Under the pieces are notes generated by a model that saw only the letters and a list, made by a program, of their open reading frames with translations, ran no database searches and was not told where the DNA came from. 64,000 nucleotides of DNA from Bdellovibrionota bacterium (GTDB lineage Bacteria > Bdellovibrionota_C > UBA2361 > OMII01). Where the stretch lies: assembly GCA_044345405.1 (NCBI GenBank), contig JBIJBE010000006.1:32001-96000 (forward strand), given 5' to 3'. Position numbers and translations under genes: made by a program. This document shows, one piece after another, positions 50,096 to 59,075 of the stretch. Every line of letters begins with the position of its first letter. The first letter of the stretch is position 1.

Positions 50096-51115
50096 ATGGT
50101 TCAACTGCCTGACGAAAGCCTCCTAGCTACGTGTTTTCAAGAGGTTACAGGCACCGCTCCCGCTTCTATCGCCCCTCTTCGCCCTCACGCCTCCGAACGC
50201 CGAATCTATCGCCTGACCCAAGGAGCGACCACGTTAGTGGGGGTCGTAAATCCCTCTCGGGCCGAGAACGATGCCTTCGTGGCCCTGGCTCGACACTTTA
50301 AGTCGAAGGGCCTCCCGGTTCCGACCATTCATGCCTACAAGCCTGAAGAGGGTGTGTACCTAGAGGATGACCTGGGGGAGGTGACGTTGTTGGACTTCCT
50401 CCTGTCAGAACGGGCCAAGACCGGCGAAGCGTTTCCACCGTCGGTTGAGGCGATGTACAAACGAGTTCTCTCCTTCCTGCCTCGATTTCAGATCGAAGCG
50501 GCGGCCTCACTCGACTTCTCCCTCTGTTTGGCTTCGGACAACTTCTTCTCTGAGACCTTACGAAAGGACATGAACTCGTTCTGCTCAGAACTCGTCGCTC
50601 GCCTCCTTCCCTCATTCGACACAAGGGAGCTTGAACCGGAATTCTCAACCCTCATCTCCTACCTGGAGCAAGCGAAGAGCGACTTCTTCCTCTATCGTGA
50701 CTTCCAATCACGCAACATCATGCTCGTGAACAACGAGCCATTCTTCATCGACTTTCAATCCGGACTCAAAGGCCCCCTTCAATACGACGTCATATCCCTT
50801 CTCTTCCAGTCGAGCGCGCAAATTCCCGACACGAACCGAGAGGAGCTGGTGCGGACCTACCTTGAGAGCGTCTCCGAATACCACGCATGCGACCGCGAGG
50901 ATTTCTTCCGCTACTATCCGGCGTTTATTATCAGTCGAATGTTGCAGGTACTTGGTGTCTATGGACGGCAAGGGCTCGGGGCTCAAAAGGAGTACTTCGC
51001 GAAGAGCATTCCTGGGGCGCTCGCCACGCTCAACAGCCAGCTCCGTTCTCCACACCTCACGATAAAGCTCGATCGCCTACTTGCGTGCTCTGAAGCTTTG
51101 CTGAAGAGTGCGTAG
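50096..51115 (+). CDS. amgK: AmgK-like anomeric sugar kinase (APH superfamily)
   Basis: ASERRIYR, EDDLG, YRDFQSRNIM, IDFQ and GPLQYDVISLL. Confidence 0.8.
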   Translation: MVQLPDESLLATCFQEVTGTAPASIAPLRPHASERRIYRLTQGATTLVGVVNPSRAENDAFVALARHFKSKGLPVPTIHAYKPEEGVYLEDDLGEVTLLDFLLSERAKTGEAFPPSVEAMYKRVLSFLPRFQIEAAASLDFSLCLASDNFFSETLRKDMNSFCSELVARLLPSFDTRELEPEFSTLISYLEQAKSDFFLYRDFQSRNIMLVNNEPFFIDFQSGLKGPLQYDVISLLFQSSAQIPDTNREELVRTYLESVSEYHACDREDFFRYYPAFIISRMLQVLGVYGRQGLGAQKEYFAKSIPGALATLNSQLRSPHLTIKLDRLLACSEALLKSA

Positions 51116-51138
51116 AACAGGATCACCAAACGTTACCT

Positions 51139-51588
51139 ATGAACCAACCTACCGACTCAAACCTCATCGTTGAGATTACAAGCTTCTCCTTTAAAGCTGC
51201 CCTCCCACCTCATATGTTTTCGCTTGAGGGCGAGCGACACGGTGGTGGGTTCGTCTTCGATTGTCGTTCCCTTCCTAATCCCGGTCGCGAGGAGCGATTC
51301 AAGAGCAAGACGGGCCTCGACGCCGATGTCTGCGCCTACCTTGAGGCGGCTGGCGAGATCGTCTCGTTCCGCGAACATACCTTTGGTCTCGTAGACGCTG
51401 CGGTGCGAAACTTCCTCGCACGTGGGTTCTCGTTTATGAACGTGAGCTTCGGATGTACCGGTGGCCAACATCGGTCGGTATTTTTTACGGAGCAGTTGGC
51501 GCAGCATGTGGCAGCGAACTTCTCCCCTCGCGTTACGCCGAAAGTAATTCACTACAATCTGATCCAGAAGGGGTTTATTAAGGGGTAG
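51139..51588 (+). CDS. Stand-alone RapZ C-terminal domain protein
   Basis: SFSFK, FVFDCRSLPNP and FGCTGGQHRSV. Confidence 0.88.
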   Translation: MNQPTDSNLIVEITSFSFKAALPPHMFSLEGERHGGGFVFDCRSLPNPGREERFKSKTGLDADVCAYLEAAGEIVSFREHTFGLVDAAVRNFLARGFSFMNVSFGCTGGQHRSVFFTEQLAQHVAANFSPRVTPKVIHYNLIQKGFIKG

Positions 51589-51602
51589 GTCCACTCTTGT
51601 CT

Positions 51603-51702
51603 CGTTGACGGTGACAAAACACCTCGACGTTCAACGTAACCCGGTAAACGTCGACGGTTATCGTTTTACGGCAGTCGTCAACGACATCGGCATCGTCAAC
51701 GA
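51603..51702 (+). repeat. Dispersed GTCGAC-core palindromic element, copy 3
   Basis: Core ggtaaacgtcgacggttatcgttttacgg at 51643-51671, bracketed by cgttgacg / cgtcaacg. Confidence 0.65.
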
Positions 51703-51794
51703 TTCAGCTTCCTTTGCGTGGGTTAGGCATCATTCTCTCTGTCCCTGCCCTGCTCAATGCTTTACGGTAAGGATACAGGGAGACGTAACGTACG

Positions 51795-52496
51795 ATGAAG
51801 GCGATGATATTCGCCGCGGGTGTTGGCTCACGACTCAAAGAGCTTACTCGCGCGACACCTAAATGTTTGATGGAGGTCGGCGGCAAGACCATGCTTGAGC
51901 GCGTGGTAGACCGACTGAAAGCGGTCGGCGTAACCGCAATAGCCATCAACGCCCATCATCATGCGGAGCAAGTAAGCGATTTCATCAAGGCGAAGAGCTA
52001 TTTCGGACTTGAAGTCCTCATCTCCCACGAACCTACCTTGCTCGACACCGGTGGAGGACTTCGAAAGGTCGCCGCCTTCTTCGCTGGCGAAGAGGCTTTT
52101 CTCATTCACAATGCCGACATCTATAGCGAGATCGACCTTTCTCTCCTCGTCGAGGAACACCGGTCAAAGAACGCCATCGGCACCGTCGCCGTTATGGACC
52201 GCCCCTCCAAGCGCGGTCTCTACTTCGATTCAGGTAATCACCTTGTCGGCTGGACGCAAGAGGAGCGAGCCGTTCCCAAAGGAGCCCACCTCTCTAGTTT
52301 CTGTGGCATTAGTGTCGCCTCTCACGAGATCTTCTCCCATATGCCCGACGATGGGGCGTTCTCCATCATCTCGTCATACCTCGCGGCAGCCCGCCAGACG
52401 GACCGGGTATACGGTAAGCTCTTCGCCAACGTCGAGTGGACCGACATCGGAACCCCTGAGCAGTTAGAGGCGTTGCGCGCTCGCGTTAAAGTCTGA
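51795..52496 (+). CDS. murU: MurU-like nucleotidyltransferase
   Basis: MKAMIFAAGVGSRL..LT...PK, LLDTGGG and WTDIGTPE; adjacent to the amgK-like gene. Confidence 0.8.
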   Translation: MKAMIFAAGVGSRLKELTRATPKCLMEVGGKTMLERVVDRLKAVGVTAIAINAHHHAEQVSDFIKAKSYFGLEVLISHEPTLLDTGGGLRKVAAFFAGEEAFLIHNADIYSEIDLSLLVEEHRSKNAIGTVAVMDRPSKRGLYFDSGNHLVGWTQEERAVPKGAHLSSFCGISVASHEIFSHMPDDGAFSIISSYLAAARQTDRVYGKLFANVEWTDIGTPEQLEALRARVKV

Positions 52497-52511
52497 CACC
52501 ATCGGAGCTCT

Positions 52512-53549
52512 ATGCGAAATGTTCGTGCCCTCTCTCTCGTCGTCGCCTCCCTCCTAGCCGGAGCGTCCTCGTACGCCCAGACCCCACAGACAGGTACTCC
52601 CTACACCGGGAGCTCAACGATTGCAGGGGAGCCCCTCGACGCCGCCCGCGCAAAGACGATGATGGAGTTCAACAAGCTCGCCCCGAAAAAACAGAACCGG
52701 TCGGCGCTGACCGGTGGTTTTTGCAACCCTGTTCTTACACAACCAACCCCTTCTGCCGATCAGGTACAGCTCGCGCTTGCGCTTGTCGAGAGTGAGATCG
52801 CTCCCATCCTTTCATTCGCCAAGGAGGGTGGCGCCACGGAGGGAGGAGCATCGGAGGACGGCGCAGCGGTCAACTACTCCATCGACTTCGATCTTGATCA
52901 TGTTGTGCTCCGTTCATCGAATCCACGATATGGGAGCCAAGCAAACGGTCTGAAGATCTCGTATCCACATGAAACATCCTCTCACGTGTGGTTCGAAGCT
53001 AAGGGAAGCGGAAGCGTGCTCTTCATCTTTCCGCCGGTGCGAGGTTGTAGCGTTCAATTCATCGTCGCGTGTCCGAGGACTTACTCCAATGCACGAACCT
53101 TGGATGAATCAAAGCTGACAGTGACGGGTGTGCGGTACGCCATCTCCTCGAAATCGGATGGTCTCTTCCAAGCGCCGACGGGAGAAGAGGCAAAGGTTGT
53201 CGCGAGCACGCTCGCCTCCAGTCGTGTGGAGCTTCCCCAAGCGTGGTCCTCAGAGAACATCAGCAAGGGGACCCCGAGCGCCTCTGTTAAGATTCAAAAA
53301 CCCCTTGATCCGCTCGGCGCGCCCGGAAAAATGTCATCAGTGAGCGCGCCGTTTCAAGACGCCGTAGAGGCACATCTTGAGTTCGGTACGACGACAGAGG
53401 TTAAACGAACGGTACGCTCTCGTTCCACCGTTGAGGTATCACCGTTCTCTCTTGAGGTTGCGCAACCCGTGCGAATTGAGCGGTCCGACGTACCGCTCAA
53501 CCCAGGCTCGTGTTTTGTCATAAGTCGTCGGAAGGAAACTCACTACTGA
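52512..53549 (+). CDS. Hypothetical secreted protein
   Basis: GGAG RBS and a signal peptide ending SYA-Q. Confidence 0.7.
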   Translation: MRNVRALSLVVASLLAGASSYAQTPQTGTPYTGSSTIAGEPLDAARAKTMMEFNKLAPKKQNRSALTGGFCNPVLTQPTPSADQVQLALALVESEIAPILSFAKEGGATEGGASEDGAAVNYSIDFDLDHVVLRSSNPRYGSQANGLKISYPHETSSHVWFEAKGSGSVLFIFPPVRGCSVQFIVACPRTYSNARTLDESKLTVTGVRYAISSKSDGLFQAPTGEEAKVVASTLASSRVELPQAWSSENISKGTPSASVKIQKPLDPLGAPGKMSSVSAPFQDAVEAHLEFGTTTEVKRTVRSRSTVEVSPFSLEVAQPVRIERSDVPLNPGSCFVISRRKETHY

Positions 53550-53868
53550 TCTTGCGGTCAGTTCTCGACTTCACATGATGTTGCACGTTGCTCCATAAGA
53601 GCCTCGTTCTCAACATCATGAAGATCATAGCCTTCACGACGATATGCTACGCCACAGGTTTCCTTACCGATGCGAGTCTTGTCATAAGTAGACAGCCATC
53701 CGACATTCCGGTCGTCACGGAGAGGTCGCGTGAAGCGCTTCGTGAGGGCCGTCCGTAGGAATGTTGCCATGAAAAAATGCCCAGGTGAGTTCGAAGTGGA
53801 TCGATCCATGCCTAACCCGCTCTAACGCTCCTCTTCGCTCACGCCCCAAGGTTGTATAAGCTTGGCGC

Positions 53869-54414
53869 ATGTCTTCCTTTGGAGCAGCGCACTCGCAACC
53901 GACCAACCAACAACCAGGTATTACCTACCTGAACCCCACACCTGTGGTCGTAGCTGTCGTGCCCGTGCGCGCGATCAATCCCGCATCAGGGGTTGTTGAG
54001 ACCGGACTTCTAACGATTGAGCGTGGCATCGAACCTCAACTCGGACACCTCGCACTTCCGGGAGGCTATCTTGAATACGAGGATTGGCGGGATGGCCTGC
54101 TACGAGAGCTCTTCGAGGAAACCAGCATCAAGATCGAAGACATGTCGTGCGTGACCCTTCAAGCGGCGCGCTCGATCGATCAGAACCGAAAGATCGTACT
54201 CTTTGGGAGCGTTCCTCCTGTCGAATACTCCGCGCTCGCTAACTTCGTCGCGAACCGCGAGTGCCCTCGTTTCGAGGTCATCTTTGAGGCACGCGAATTA
54301 GCGTTCGCGACGCACACGGAGATGGCGCTGCTGTTCTTCGAGTCGCGACAAGCTGGGCAAGATAGTGGTGGTCTCTCTCAGTTACGGCTGCCTCAACGGC
54401 CGCCTGGGTCATAA
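53869..54414 (+). CDS. NUDIX hydrolase
   Basis: YLNPTPV and the Nudix box ALPGGYLE...RELFEET. Confidence 0.88.
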   Translation: MSSFGAAHSQPTNQQPGITYLNPTPVVVAVVPVRAINPASGVVETGLLTIERGIEPQLGHLALPGGYLEYEDWRDGLLRELFEETSIKIEDMSCVTLQAARSIDQNRKIVLFGSVPPVEYSALANFVANRECPRFEVIFEARELAFATHTEMALLFFESRQAGQDSGGLSQLRLPQRPPGS

Positions 54415-54464
54415 AAAGCATATGTAATTGGGCTTTACCTTTCCAATCATGGTTCCGTGCACCG

Positions 54465-54740
54465 GGAGAGCGACCGTCCCCGGTCCCCGAGATGTCACAT
54501 ATCCCAAATGACCCTCGCCTTCCGCAACACGGCGGTCAGGAATGACGGCCCTCCCACATCACGGGGCGCACAACGGGAGGGCGACGATTCCTCGTCGCCG
54601 AAATGTCACGCATCCCAAAGGACCTTCTCCTCGCGCAACACGGCGGTCAGGAATGACCGCCCTCCCACATCACGGGGCGCACAACGGGAGGGCGACGATT
54701 CCTCGTCGCCGAAATGTCACGCATCCCAAAGGACCTTCTC
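54465..54740. repeat. About 2.5 tandem 111-bp BIME-like units of GGAG-REP hairpins
   Basis: GGAG-GGCGACGA-TTCC-TCGTCGCC at 54576 and 54687; inverted GGCGGTCA-GGAA-TGAC(C/G)GCC-CTCC at 54531 and 54642. Confidence 0.88.
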
Positions 54741-54811
54741 CTGATTGCGACATCCCTACTTTCACAGCATCATATCCAGACCGTTGTGACGGAGAGATCT
54801 AGGAGAAGCCC

Positions 54812-55594
54812 GTGGCGTTAGTTTTGCAGACCATCGATTCAGACGGAATCGCGACCCTCACCCTCAATGATGAGGCCAACCTAAACGCGATGAGTGACGA
54901 GATGGCGACGGAGTTCGCCGCCGCCGTTCAATCCCTTAAGGGACATAAAGGACTTCGGGCGGTCATTTTGACCGGCGCTGGAAAGGCGTTTTCGGCGGGT
55001 GGTCACCTCTCCATGCTTGAGGCGAAGCGAGCTAAAACCGCCGAGGAAAATCGGCAAGGAATGCTTTCCTTCTATAACTCGTTCCTGTGCATCCGCGATC
55101 TCGGTGTCCCGTTAATCGCCGCATTGAACGGCGCCGCTGTCGGTGCTGGGTTGTGCGTAGCCTGTGCTTGCGATTTTCGGGTTGCCTCTGATAGCACCAA
55201 ACTCGGATTTACCTTCTTAAAGCTGGGTCTTCACCCCGGCATGGGCGCTACCTATTTCGTGCCTCGCATCGTTGGCGCAAGCATGGCTACCGAGCTGCTC
55301 GTGACGGGTCGAGTGATTTCCGCTCAAGAGGCGCTGCGAATTGGTGTCGTTTCTCGCGTTTGCGATGCGGCCGATGTGATAAAAGAGGCGCGCGCAATCG
55401 CGACCGAAATACTAAGCTGTGGTCCTGACGCCACCGCGCAATTACTGGAAACTATGAGAGGCGATCCAGCGCTCCTCACAGCAGCTCTTGAGCGTGAGGC
55501 GTCATGTCAGAGCGTGAACTACGCCAGCGCTGAGTTCGCGGAGGGGGTCGCGGCGGTACGAGAGAAGCGATCAGCGTGCTTCACGAAGCGCTAG
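54812..55594 (+). CDS. Enoyl-CoA hydratase/isomerase family protein
   Basis: LTGAGKAFSAGG, PLIAALNGAAVGAG, CDFR and GLHPGMG. Confidence 0.92.
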   Translation: MALVLQTIDSDGIATLTLNDEANLNAMSDEMATEFAAAVQSLKGHKGLRAVILTGAGKAFSAGGHLSMLEAKRAKTAEENRQGMLSFYNSFLCIRDLGVPLIAALNGAAVGAGLCVACACDFRVASDSTKLGFTFLKLGLHPGMGATYFVPRIVGASMATELLVTGRVISAQEALRIGVVSRVCDAADVIKEARAIATEILSCGPDATAQLLETMRGDPALLTAALEREASCQSVNYASAEFAEGVAAVREKRSACFTKR

Positions 55595-55768
55595 CCATGC
55601 GCCGAGCCCAACGATCACGACGTGCGCGAAACTAAACCAAAAGCCTCGCCAGTTGTTGATTTCGTAGGCTTGAAAGAAGAGCGCGTAGGCGCACAATCCA
55701 ACGACCGCGATGGTAACGAGCGTTACTTGTGAGATAGAGCTTCGTGGCGGTGTGTTGTCCATGGGCAT
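55571..55768 (-). CDS. Small two-TM membrane protein
   Basis: GAGG RBS and two hydrophobic helices. Confidence 0.5.
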   Translation of the reverse strand: MPMDNTPPRSSISQVTLVTIAVVGLCAYALFFQAYEINNWRGFWFSFAHVVIVGLGAWLALREAR

Positions 55769-55843
55769 CTTGTACCTCGACTAGGCTGGCGAGGCAAAAT
55801 AGATCCCTTTCGCTCGACCGATGCGTGGCGATCTAACCGCAAT

Positions 55844-55883
55844 AAAAAAGCCAAGCCGTACCTTGTCGTACGGCTTGGCTTTT
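55844..55883. terminator. Intrinsic terminator, bidirectional-looking
   Basis: AAAAAAGCCAAGCCGTAC-cttgtc-GTACGGCTTGGCTTTT. Confidence 0.8.
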
Positions 55884-55914
55884 CGTTCCTCGCGAGCTTT
55901 TCACTCACACGGAA

Positions 55915-56229
55915 TTAGCGAAGCAAGCTCAAACGCTCCTGAATAGCCTCTGGATTTCCTTCGTACTGACGAAGGCTCTCTTGCAGGGAGATCGGATCGA
56001 GATCGAGGTGAAGCGCTACCCACGCGAAGCTAAATGGTCGCTTCGGCGTAATCTTTCCAAACAACCACTGACGAGCGCTTCGAACAACGTGACGCTCGCA
56101 ATGGGCTGTCCCAAAAGCGTCGCAAATGGCTCGTGCCAAAACCGCTGCCAGAAGATTTCTTTCAGGTTTTACCGGGGAGGATGCTTCGGTATCGTCTTCG
56201 GGCAAAAACTTGTTAGCAGAATTGCTCAT
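55915..56229 (-). CDS. Conserved small helical hypothetical protein
   Basis: PERNLLAAVLARAICD...ARQWLF...FSFAWVALHLDLDP resembles a recurring uncharacterised family (from memory, not searched). Confidence 0.65.
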   Translation of the reverse strand: MSNSANKFLPEDDTEASSPVKPERNLLAAVLARAICDAFGTAHCERHVVRSARQWLFGKITPKRPFSFAWVALHLDLDPISLQESLRQYEGNPEAIQERLSLLR

Positions 56230-56592
56230 AGGCTACTCAAATCTCCAATGATTTACGATTCTTATGGAATGAGAGGATTTGGAAAAGAATGACTCGATAA
56301 GGAATTATTCTTTGAGAAAGTAGGAACGGAAAGAACAAGCTTAGAAGTACTAGTGCGTCTTCGAACCTGAATGCCGGACATCAAGTAGGCCCCCCAGTCG
56401 TACAGCCCGCATCGGGAAAACCCGATTGCAGCCTTTTTGGACGTCTTATCCAGAAGGCCGCAAGTAGTTGCGCTCGCTCACGATTCCTGGGTAAACGTTG
56501 TACTCTGGTTAAGATTGGGCGTCAATAGTATTTTTAAGTAACTTTAAGTTACAACAATGTTTGAATAGGTTCATGTTGCGGTGGTGCTTTGT

Positions 56593-56621
56593 TTGACTTT
56601 TATCACCCCTAATATTACCTT
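56593..56621 (+). promoter_or_regulatory. Candidate sigma70 promoter of the RRM-S18 gene
   Basis: TTGACT-N17-TACCTT. Confidence 0.5.
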
Positions 56622-56650
56622 CTCCCCCTCTAAGAGTTCTAGGAGTATGC

Positions 56651-57217
56651 ATGAATTCCCCTGTTACCAAAAAGAAGCTTTTCATCAGCAACCTTGATTT
56701 CGAAGTGACCAGCGAGCAACTCTCGCAGCTCTTCGAAGAGATCGGCGCAACGGTTAGCGTTGTGGTCGCTTCGGATCGTGAGACCAAGCGTTCAAAGGGT
56801 TTCGCGTTCGTTGAAATGGAGCGTGAAGAGGATGCTCGTACTGCAATCGAGACCCTCAACAACCGCGCTGTTAACGGCCGTCCAATGAAGGTGTGTGAAG
56901 ACCGCGGTAAGAACGCTGGTCCAGCATCATCTGAGGGCGGTTCAAGCGAGGGTGGCCGTAAGTTTGAGCCACTTCCTTCGATCCAGAGAATGCAACTCTT
57001 CAAGCGTCGTCGTAAGCTTGATCCCTTCACTGAGGATCCTCGCAAGTCGATCGACTACAAGGACGTCGCAATGCTCTCGAAGTTCGTCAGCGAGCGTGGT
57101 CGTATCCTCTCTCGTCGTTTGACCGGACTTACCGCGTACAATCAGCGGAAGGTTTCTAAGGCTATCAAGCGCGCTCAGAGCCTTGGTCTTATGGCCTTCA
57201 CGTCGATCCAAGAGTAG
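56651..57217 (+). CDS. rpsR: RRM domain fused to 30S ribosomal protein bS18
   Basis: N-terminal RNP2 LFISNL and RNP1 KGFAFVEM; C-terminal IDYKD...KFVSERGRILSRRLTG...QRKVSKAIKRAQSLGLM. Confidence 0.92.
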   Translation: MNSPVTKKKLFISNLDFEVTSEQLSQLFEEIGATVSVVVASDRETKRSKGFAFVEMEREEDARTAIETLNNRAVNGRPMKVCEDRGKNAGPASSEGGSSEGGRKFEPLPSIQRMQLFKRRRKLDPFTEDPRKSIDYKDVAMLSKFVSERGRILSRRLTGLTAYNQRKVSKAIKRAQSLGLMAFTSIQE

Positions 57218-57241
57218 TTGGACGACAGAACTCTTAGACAG

Positions 57242-57302
57242 AAAAAGCCGGCCACTGTGCCGGCTTTTTTATGGGCCGGCTTTTTTATGGGCCGGCTTTT
57301 TT
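57242..57302 (+). terminator. Intrinsic terminator with triplicated 3' arm
   Basis: AAAAAGCCGGC...GCCGGCTTTTTT followed by two more ATGGGCCGGCTTTTTT units. Confidence 0.8.
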
Positions 57303-57611
57303 GTTGCGCGTGTGCTGCTCCGTGGTGACCCGCGAAGCGTAATCGAAGCGGGACCACATACTAACCCTGTACCGAGGTGATACCTGAGGGTCCCGTCCCC
57401 CGAAGCTTCAGCGCAGGGGGAAACTTTAATCTATTTTCAAACTTTCTCACAAACGCCCCTGAATGCGCGCAAAACTACGCAGCGAATGAACACCCGGGGA
57501 AACAGCTTTCCCTACCCTTCCTTAACGCTCTGGCCTGTCTCACACCGTAACCTGCGAGTTTTGCGGCTTTAAAACCCCCCGGTACAACAAGTTATTTCTC
57601 AGCATCCGCGG

Positions 57612-57627
57612 TGGCACATCCTTTGCT
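57612..57627 (+). promoter_or_regulatory. Sigma54 promoter upstream of tadE/tadG-like genes
   Basis: TGGCAC-ATCCT-TTGCT, an exact match to the -24/-12 consensus. Confidence 0.7.
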
Positions 57628-57704
57628 GATGTCCCATCAAGAGATAACGCCGAACGTTGGTCCCTACACAGACCTCGGAGTCGGTTGGCATAGGAAGCCT
57701 CGTT

Positions 57705-58103
57705 ATGAAAACCACACACCACTCATCACAATCTGGAAGCGTCTTCGTCGAAGCCGCCGTTGTCACCCCGATGCTCATGATGCTCATCGTATCGATGATG
57801 CAGTTCGGATACATCTACGGCGTGTTAACCAATCTGCGAGGGGCCTCTGCCGTGGCCGCTCGTATGGCGGTTTTGGGGACGGCGAGCTCGCAGGTGGATG
57901 TCTGCCAAGCCGCGAAAAACGCCGTGACATCGATGGTTGATTCCTCGCAGCTTGCATGCGAAACGAGCCCATCGGTACTACCCGCTCCAGTGAATTCTCC
58001 GGTCACTATCACACTAAGCTACCCTGTGCCGCTCCTCGCCTCGAATTCGGGCGTGTTGAAGGGACCAACCTTCACGGTAAGCGCTCGCACAACGATGCAG
58101 TAA
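57705..58103 (+). CDS. tadE: TadE-like pseudopilin
   Basis: G-SVFVE-AAVVTP prepilin motif and AARMA. Confidence 0.85.
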   Translation: MKTTHHSSQSGSVFVEAAVVTPMLMMLIVSMMQFGYIYGVLTNLRGASAVAARMAVLGTASSQVDVCQAAKNAVTSMVDSSQLACETSPSVLPAPVNSPVTITLSYPVPLLASNSGVLKGPTFTVSARTTMQ

Positions 58104-58113
58104 GGAGGGTGAC

Positions 58114-59058
58114 ATGAAATCCGCTGCGAAGAGACCGTGTCAGGAGGATTCGGGGTTCGTGCTCTTTATGTTCATGGTGATCACGGCCGTACTCCTCACA
58201 TCGGTCGCGTTCACCGTCGACATGGGACGAGCGTACGATGAACAGCGGCAGCTCCAGATAGTCGCCGACTCCGCGGCGCTCGCCGCAGTGAGTGCCCTAG
58301 GATCCGGCACAAGCTACACGAGGATTCTGTCGATTGTCGCGGCGATCGCGGAAGCGAATGGAGCGACCATCGACGAGATAATGGAAAATGAACCTCTGTG
58401 TGGTACCTGGGAGGAAGGGGAGTTCATCCAGAGCAACGGTCGATCGTGTCCCTCATCGGCGAACGCTGTTGAGGTGAATATCAAGCGAACTGTTCCGACT
58501 CGTTTCGCTCAACTCATGAATCAACATTCCATGACGTTACGGGCGAGCGCTGTGGCGTACCTTCCCCCACCGGAGGGCGGAAATTGTATTCGGCCATTCG
58601 GTATTGAGGAATCCCACCTTGAGGCATTGAACGTGTCTGAGGGAGACACCTTTTCGGTGAGTGGCTCGCAGGGCATGGGGAATTGGGGAAAGATCGATCT
58701 CGGCGGCAACGCGTCGTCGGGCGAGGAGTATACTCAGCTCATGCTCACTAACCTGTGCGACGAGGCTATCGCCCCGGGTAACTTCGTCTCGAGCGGAACG
58801 GGTAACGCGCAGATCAATCAGGTATTCCAGGCCCTCCTCGAGGATACAACCCCTCCCCTCGCCGCGAGCAACATGGTCTTCGCCGTAACCTCCGATTTCG
58901 GGAGCGGAAATTCACAGGTGCAGATTCAACGGTTCGTTAAGGTTAATCTTCTCTCTCAAGAGGGTTCGGGCTCGAAGTGGCGGGCGAACTTTCAGGTTGT
59001 AGAATGGGACACCCAACCCGACCCTCCGGTCAGCCCATCGAGACGATTAATGAGATAG
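58114..59058 (+). CDS. tadG: TadG-like Tad pilus protein
   Basis: SGFV + TM + VDMGRAY...QLQIVADSAALAA. Confidence 0.8.
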   Translation: MKSAAKRPCQEDSGFVLFMFMVITAVLLTSVAFTVDMGRAYDEQRQLQIVADSAALAAVSALGSGTSYTRILSIVAAIAEANGATIDEIMENEPLCGTWEEGEFIQSNGRSCPSSANAVEVNIKRTVPTRFAQLMNQHSMTLRASAVAYLPPPEGGNCIRPFGIEESHLEALNVSEGDTFSVSGSQGMGNWGKIDLGGNASSGEEYTQLMLTNLCDEAIAPGNFVSSGTGNAQINQVFQALLEDTTPPLAASNMVFAVTSDFGSGNSQVQIQRFVKVNLLSQEGSGSKWRANFQVVEWDTQPDPPVSPSRRLMR

Positions 59059-59075
59059 GTCCACCCATCCCCCGC

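Noticed and set aside
53558-53809. 83-aa minus-strand ORF
   Set aside because: It may be real, but I found no motif or clear RBS to support it.
54457-54802. Short ORFs across the 111-bp repeats
   Set aside because: Same artefact of REP-array periodicity.
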